A stretch of 58,875 bases of DNA, taken from IMG/VR virus record IMGVR_UViG_3300044742_000342, positions 1 to 58,875 of that record; one strand, 5' to 3'. The notes below the pieces were generated by a model that made no database searches, was not told where the DNA came from, and saw only the letters and a list, made by a program, of their open reading frames with translations. Of the stretch, positions 54,990 through 58,875 are shown one piece after another. The position numbers and the translations under genes are program-made. Position 1 is the stretch's first letter; every line of letters starts with the position of its first letter. This stretch comes from a virus. Lineage: Duplodnaviria > Caudoviricetes.

Positions 54990-55220
54990 ATGATCGTAAA
55001 GCACCTCAAAACATCAATTGGCGGCGAGGACTGGCAGGCCAATGTAGAGGCTGTCGTCGTTATAGACGAACAGTCCCGACAAATTCAGTTCGGCAGCGTT
55101 CAGGTTAAAAGTACTCAACCTGACCAACTCAACGAGGTCCAGAGTCATGCTCTCTGGCTCCAAGGCAGCGTGCTTGTGGAGAGCCTCGCCAAGGACCCCT
55201 CAAAAGAGTACGAGGTCTAA
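54990..55220 (+). CDS. Hypothetical protein
   Basis: GGAGG upstream; tight spacing. Confidence 0.6.
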   Translation: MIVKHLKTSIGGEDWQANVEAVVVIDEQSRQIQFGSVQVKSTQPDQLNEVQSHALWLQGSVLVESLAKDPSKEYEV

Positions 55221-55222
55221 TC

Positions 55223-55462
55223 ATGATATGCAAATGCAGAAACTGCGGCAAGGTCTACGATGAGTTCAAGTCAAGGGCTGACTGGAAAGGCTACTGTTCT
55301 CAGAAATGCTTTCATGAGAAGGCACGCGAACTAGGCTATCGTAAGCCTGGCAAGGGTCAGACTGACTCCAAGGACGAGGCTATACGCCGAGGCTATGAGT
55401 ATGTTAGAAGTGAGTATGACATTGTGAAACGTGCTAATCAGATCGGAAACGCACCTGTATGA
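55223..55462 (+). CDS. Zn-finger (treble-clef-like) protein
   Basis: CRNCGK...YCSQKC. Confidence 0.7.
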   Translation: MICKCRNCGKVYDEFKSRADWKGYCSQKCFHEKARELGYRKPGKGQTDSKDEAIRRGYEYVRSEYDIVKRANQIGNAPV

Positions 55463-55698
55463 GCTTCTGCAACACATGCCGCCTCCGGATCACGAAGCAG
55501 AAAGTTCTGGATATAATTCCAGGACCTCCGGCGGCGATATCTCTGGGGGAGATCCGGCTGGCGCTTAATCAGCCCCTGTCGGACATTTTAGCGGCCCTTT
55601 ACGATCTCGAGCAGGACGACTGCAAGATCACTCGCCAAGTTATTAACGGGGAGATAGCTATCCCCAGAAAGTGGAGTCGCAGACATGCGGTTAACTAA
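55459..55698 (+). CDS. Possible winged-helix protein
   Basis: SLGEI-x-x-AL...ILAALYDLE pattern. Confidence 0.5.
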   Translation: MSFCNTCRLRITKQKVLDIIPGPPAAISLGEIRLALNQPLSDILAALYDLEQDDCKITRQVINGEIAIPRKWSRRHAVN

Positions 55699-55809
55699 AG
55701 CCTATCTCAGAGCTGAGAAAAAGAAGATCACCGAGGCGTTGTTCGCTATGAAGACGGAAAGTCGCGAGCAGCTAATCCGTTAACCGTCATTCTACAAGAG
55801 GTAGCAGCC

Positions 55810-56547
55810 ATGGAAACATCAGCAGCGATCGAACGCATCCGCAAGCTAATGGCATACGCCTCCGACGGTAGCGCGTCAGAAGGCGAGATCGAGAATGCCC
55901 TTGGCCATGCCAGGCGGCTCATGGATAAATTTAATCTCGAAGAAAAGGACATCGAGTCACCCGCCCGTCGTCAAAGCTTCTACGACGAGATCAAGCAGCA
56001 CGAGGTTTATCAGCGAGCAAATCAGATCGACGAATTCGACCGCTTACTCGCCGTCGTGCCCTGCATTATCTGTGATGTCAAGTCCTATACGAAGCACGAC
56101 TATCGCCCCAACAAGCGAGGCAAGACCTCCCGCATGCAAGTTATGGTGTTCTACGGAGCACCTAGGGATTGTGCGATAGCAGAAGCTCTATATCATGAAC
56201 TGCTTTCCACAATGCGGGCTATGGTTCGCTTTCGATATCCCGATGACTGGCAAAGGCAGTTCTCCAGCTACTGCTACGGCTTTGTGAATCGCCTGACCGA
56301 GCGAGCACAAGAACTCAAGCAGCGAATCCCTCAAGAAGAAGGCTGCACCGCCATTGTAGTGGCTAAGGAGAAGATAATCAAGAACTGGGCCAGCAATAAT
56401 CTTCAGCTGACTAAGCGTAAGCACATATCTCGAGCTGGCGAACGTGTGAACGGTGACGCTTACGACGCAGGCCGTGAGGACGGATCGCGAGTGCATCTCG
56501 GTACAAATGGCATCCAAGGTGGCAGCGAGCCAAAGGAGGTTACCTAA
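55810..56547 (+). CDS. DUF2786-domain protein
   Basis: IERIRKL...E-x-x-x-A-x-x-x-A-x-x-LM-x-K, FYG, AY-x-AG-x-x-DG. Confidence 0.8.
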   Translation: METSAAIERIRKLMAYASDGSASEGEIENALGHARRLMDKFNLEEKDIESPARRQSFYDEIKQHEVYQRANQIDEFDRLLAVVPCIICDVKSYTKHDYRPNKRGKTSRMQVMVFYGAPRDCAIAEALYHELLSTMRAMVRFRYPDDWQRQFSSYCYGFVNRLTERAQELKQRIPQEEGCTAIVVAKEKIIKNWASNNLQLTKRKHISRAGERVNGDAYDAGREDGSRVHLGTNGIQGGSEPKEVT

Positions 56548-57689
56548 TGAGCGCCGCGATCATATCCGCAACCCCAAACGAAGTCTGCCATTCCTGTGGC
56601 TTCCTCGCGCCCAAGCCGCATCTCCTGTACTTCAGCGAGATCGGCCAGCAACATCACTTCTGTCCTGCCTGCGGCCTTGGCCATGGACTACGATGGAAGC
56701 CCTCTACTCCCAGAGAGTGCGACCCTCATGTCCTGCACGTAGATCGCCTGGATCTGTACTGGACTTATGAGGAGGAATACAAGGGGAGGCCTATCTGGCA
56801 GGTTCGTAAGAATGACATCTGGTTAGCGGATAGTAGATCACAAAGTGATTTACTTCCTCTCGCCCTGCTCGAAGTGGCAGCGCAAAATCTTTTTTCAAAG
56901 AACGAAAAAACCTCTTGCAAAACGCCGCCTCTTATGTTACAATACGCTCTGCAAAGTTCGGACACGAAACCGAACGGAACATCCAATCCCTTACACAAGG
57001 AGGCTTCAATGCCTGCCACGATCACTGCTCCGAAGAAAGTTATCTCCAAGCCCAAGGCTCCCGCCAAGCCGGTAGCCCCTGCTCCCGCTGCTCCCGCTGC
57101 TCCCGCTGCGCCCCCTAAGGCCCGCGTGGCTCTTACGGAAGACGAGCTTCAGGCTCTCGTGAACGGGGAGCTCCAGCCCCGTGACAACAAGGGAACCGCC
57201 GATCAGGAGTCCCTCGGTACCACAGATGAGAAGGGACGTCCCAAAGGTCGGCCCATCGGTGTTACCACCGGCCTGCCCATCACGGCGGCATGGAGCTACA
57301 TTTTCCAGGTGAACGAAAAGCAGCCCGTCAACGAGAAGTGGACGGACGAACAGATCTCCGGTTGGATGAAGGAGGAGTTCCCTGGCCGCGCAACTCCTGC
57401 TTTCGATCATCCCGCTGGCTGCCGCGCCGATTACAATGCCGGTAAATTCTCGAAGGGCGTTGCCCCGACTCTCCAGAGTAACCAGTACTCTGCGGATGGC
57501 CAGATCGTAGCCCCTCGCCAGCGCGGCGTGAAGGCTGCTCCCGCTGAGGAATCCGCTGCGCCTGCCCCAGCCCCCGTCGCAGCCAAGCCCAAGGCGGCTA
57601 CCAAGCCTGTTGCGCCCGCAGCTGCTCCGGTAGCGGCCAAGCCCCGTACCGTGATTGCGAAGCCCAAGCCCGCTGCTGTCAAGGCCTAG
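56547..57689 (+). CDS. Zn-finger protein reading in frame into the H1-like protein (long isoform)
   Basis: CHSC...CPAC; GGAGG RBS; no stop before 57009. Confidence 0.55.
   Translation: MSAAIISATPNEVCHSCGFLAPKPHLLYFSEIGQQHHFCPACGLGHGLRWKPSTPRECDPHVLHVDRLDLYWTYEEEYKGRPIWQVRKNDIWLADSRSQSDLLPLALLEVAAQNLFSKNEKTSCKTPPLMLQYALQSSDTKPNGTSNPLHKEASMPATITAPKKVISKPKAPAKPVAPAPAAPAAPAAPPKARVALTEDELQALVNGELQPRDNKGTADQESLGTTDEKGRPKGRPIGVTTGLPITAAWSYIFQVNEKQPVNEKWTDEQISGWMKEEFPGRATPAFDHPAGCRADYNAGKFSKGVAPTLQSNQYSADGQIVAPRQRGVKAAPAEESAAPAPAPVAAKPKAATKPVAPAAAPVAAKPRTVIAKPKPAAVKA
56915..56943 (+). promoter_or_regulatory. Internal strong promoter
   Basis: TTGCAA-N17-TACAAT with extended TG and an A-tract upstream. 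Confidence 0.75.
57009..57689 (+). CDS. Histone H1-like Ala/Pro/Lys-tailed protein
   Basis: AAGGAGG RBS; own promoter and terminator; globular core flanked by AKP-rich tails. Confidence 0.75.
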   Translation: MPATITAPKKVISKPKAPAKPVAPAPAAPAAPAAPPKARVALTEDELQALVNGELQPRDNKGTADQESLGTTDEKGRPKGRPIGVTTGLPITAAWSYIFQVNEKQPVNEKWTDEQISGWMKEEFPGRATPAFDHPAGCRADYNAGKFSKGVAPTLQSNQYSADGQIVAPRQRGVKAAPAEESAAPAPAPVAAKPKAATKPVAPAAAPVAAKPRTVIAKPKPAAVKA

Positions 57690-57709
57690 CTCCCCGCGAC
57701 ACAGCGCAA

Positions 57710-57741
57710 GGAGGTCTCCCCTAACCGGGAGACTTTCTTTT
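57710..57741 (+). terminator. Intrinsic terminator
   Basis: GAGGTCTCCC-CTAACC-GGGAGACTTT followed by CTTTT. Confidence 0.75.
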
Positions 57742-57817
57742 GAGGACCCGGCCATTTCTTGCTCCTGCTAAGCACATGAGTCGAGATGCCGGGTTCCTCT
57801 TTTACCGGAGACGAAAC

Positions 57818-58183
57818 ATGAGCAAGAGTTATCAATTATTAAGTGTTGCTGGGTTTGGATATCGATCCTATGCAGAAGCCGTCGCCGAGCTCGCCGCGCA
57901 GGGGGCGGTGTTGTGGGTGAAGCATGAACAAGGATCAAGGGATACCGTGGTGCGTAGCTTGTCAGAGTTGGCACCCAAGGCCAACAAGCAGGAAACATCA
58001 TGCGATGCTGAAGTGCTTCGCGCCGTACAAGGCGAAGCCGTCACAGACTCAGATAAGTTCGGTTCGGTCTTCCTCTCCCCGCCGCAGCCGCAAACGCCGG
58101 TCCTCGACCTGAGCAGGTTCAGCCCCGTTCCCGATGACCTGGCGAAGATGATCGAGAAGCAGGAGAAAGGACGTGAAGGATGA
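57818..58183 (+). CDS. Hypothetical protein
   Basis: GGAG RBS. Confidence 0.55.
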   Translation: MSKSYQLLSVAGFGYRSYAEAVAELAAQGAVLWVKHEQGSRDTVVRSLSELAPKANKQETSCDAEVLRAVQGEAVTDSDKFGSVFLSPPQPQTPVLDLSRFSPVPDDLAKMIEKQEKGREG

Positions 58184-58389
58184 CTCACAGGACAGCAAAG
58201 CGAATACTGGAATACACTCCGTCGCAGACAACGCACGCGCTCTGCCAGAACATGCTTCGATGGTTCAAGGCAAACCCTGATCGGTGGAAGGAGTTTTCAG
58301 ATTGGAACTTGATGTTCCACCTGAAGCACATGTTCAAAATCAATGGTCCCAAAGATCATGTGAACCGGAAGGATCACCCCAATGTCTGA
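58180..58389 (+). CDS. Hypothetical protein
   Basis: ATGA overlap. Confidence 0.6.
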   Translation: MTHRTAKRILEYTPSQTTHALCQNMLRWFKANPDRWKEFSDWNLMFHLKHMFKINGPKDHVNRKDHPNV

Positions 58390-58875
58390 CACAAAAACGA
58401 CCGACGAGTTGGTGAAGAAAGTGGAGGCTAGAAACGTCAAGCTAAAGCAGATCATCGCCGATCTCATCCCGTGGGTTGAACCGCAGAACGGACCTGATTG
58501 GGCCACGGAATATGGGAAAAAGCGGAACAGACTCAACTGTCAGAAGGCACTTGATTCGGCGTTGGAGGTGTTCCCCCCAACCTACAACGGTTTTGTAGAT
58601 ACGATTGAGTCAGATCAGGACACTAAGGAACTCGCCCGCCGCTGTGCCGAGATGCAGAAGGTGATCGACAAGCTGCCAAAGACGGCGGATGGAGTGCCGA
58701 TTATGCCTGGGATGACGTTGTGGGTTCCGAAGTATGCCACGGATGAAGATTTTGACGACGCAGAATGTTTGGTAACTGGCGTAACGAACTACAACGCTTG
58801 TGGGTATGGCGGTGACGATGAGGAATCTTTTCACACCGCCAACGACGACTGCTTGCCTGGCTGTGACAAAAACAC
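58382..58875 (+). CDS. Hypothetical protein, 3' truncated
   Basis: Open to the window end (MSDTKTTDELVKK...LPKTADGVPIMPGM...). Confidence 0.65.
   Translation, partial: MSDTKTTDELVKKVEARNVKLKQIIADLIPWVEPQNGPDWATEYGKKRNRLNCQKALDSALEVFPPTYNGFVDTIESDQDTKELARRCAEMQKVIDKLPKTADGVPIMPGMTLWVPKYATDEDFDDAECLVTGVTNYNACGYGGDDEESFHTANDDCLPGCDKN

Larger units (their letters stand above)
2290..55675. repeat. Dispersed 19-bp motif TCTTCYCCAGAAAGTGGCG
   Basis: Close copies at 2290, 8622, 12816, 14861, 16503, 52948, 55658 (+) and 12765, 16584, 26096, 29499, 32896, 36078, 41785, 44141 (-), plus looser copies. Confidence 0.85.
1..58875. mobile_element. Tailed dsDNA bacteriophage genome (near-complete)
   Basis: Terminase, portal, protease, capsid, tail, PolA and primase modules; no host housekeeping genes; no integrase seen. 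Confidence 0.95.

Noticed and set aside
1-58875. Closed circular genome, prophage att sites, tRNAs
   Set aside because: No terminal repeat or convincing in-frame join between the ends; no integrase; no cloverleaf noticed

Overview
The whole window is a tailed dsDNA phage genome (siphovirus-like). It looks nearly complete, although both ends fall inside ORFs. There are three modules. (1) 0.2-16.7 kb, + strand, replication and nucleotide metabolism: DNA methyltransferase, SNF2 helicase, RuvC-like nuclease, UDG, Cas4-like nuclease, Sak4-like ATPase, SSB-like protein, then a cassette of nucleoside deoxyribosyltransferase, HD hydrolase, DUF6378, SDR and a variant ThyX, followed by a divergent family A DNA polymerase and a primase-helicase. 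(2) 16.7-46.6 kb, - strand, one ~30 kb late operon: a phage-encoded NusG/RfaH-like factor at its head, an atypical lysis-like cassette, fibre-like proteins, terminase, portal, S49 protease, gpE-like capsid, two tail-tube paralogs, a frameshifted tail chaperone and a tape measure carrying an ADP-ribosyltransferase-like domain. (3) 47-58.9 kb, + strand, small early genes with sigma70-type promoters, covarying intergenic hairpins, an iteron-bearing non-coding region and a CsrA homolog. A 19-bp asymmetric motif (TCTTCYCCAGAAAGTGGCG) recurs across the genome, mostly oriented with transcription. No integrase, tRNA or CRISPR array was seen. All functional calls come from motif recognition by eye; no database search was run.
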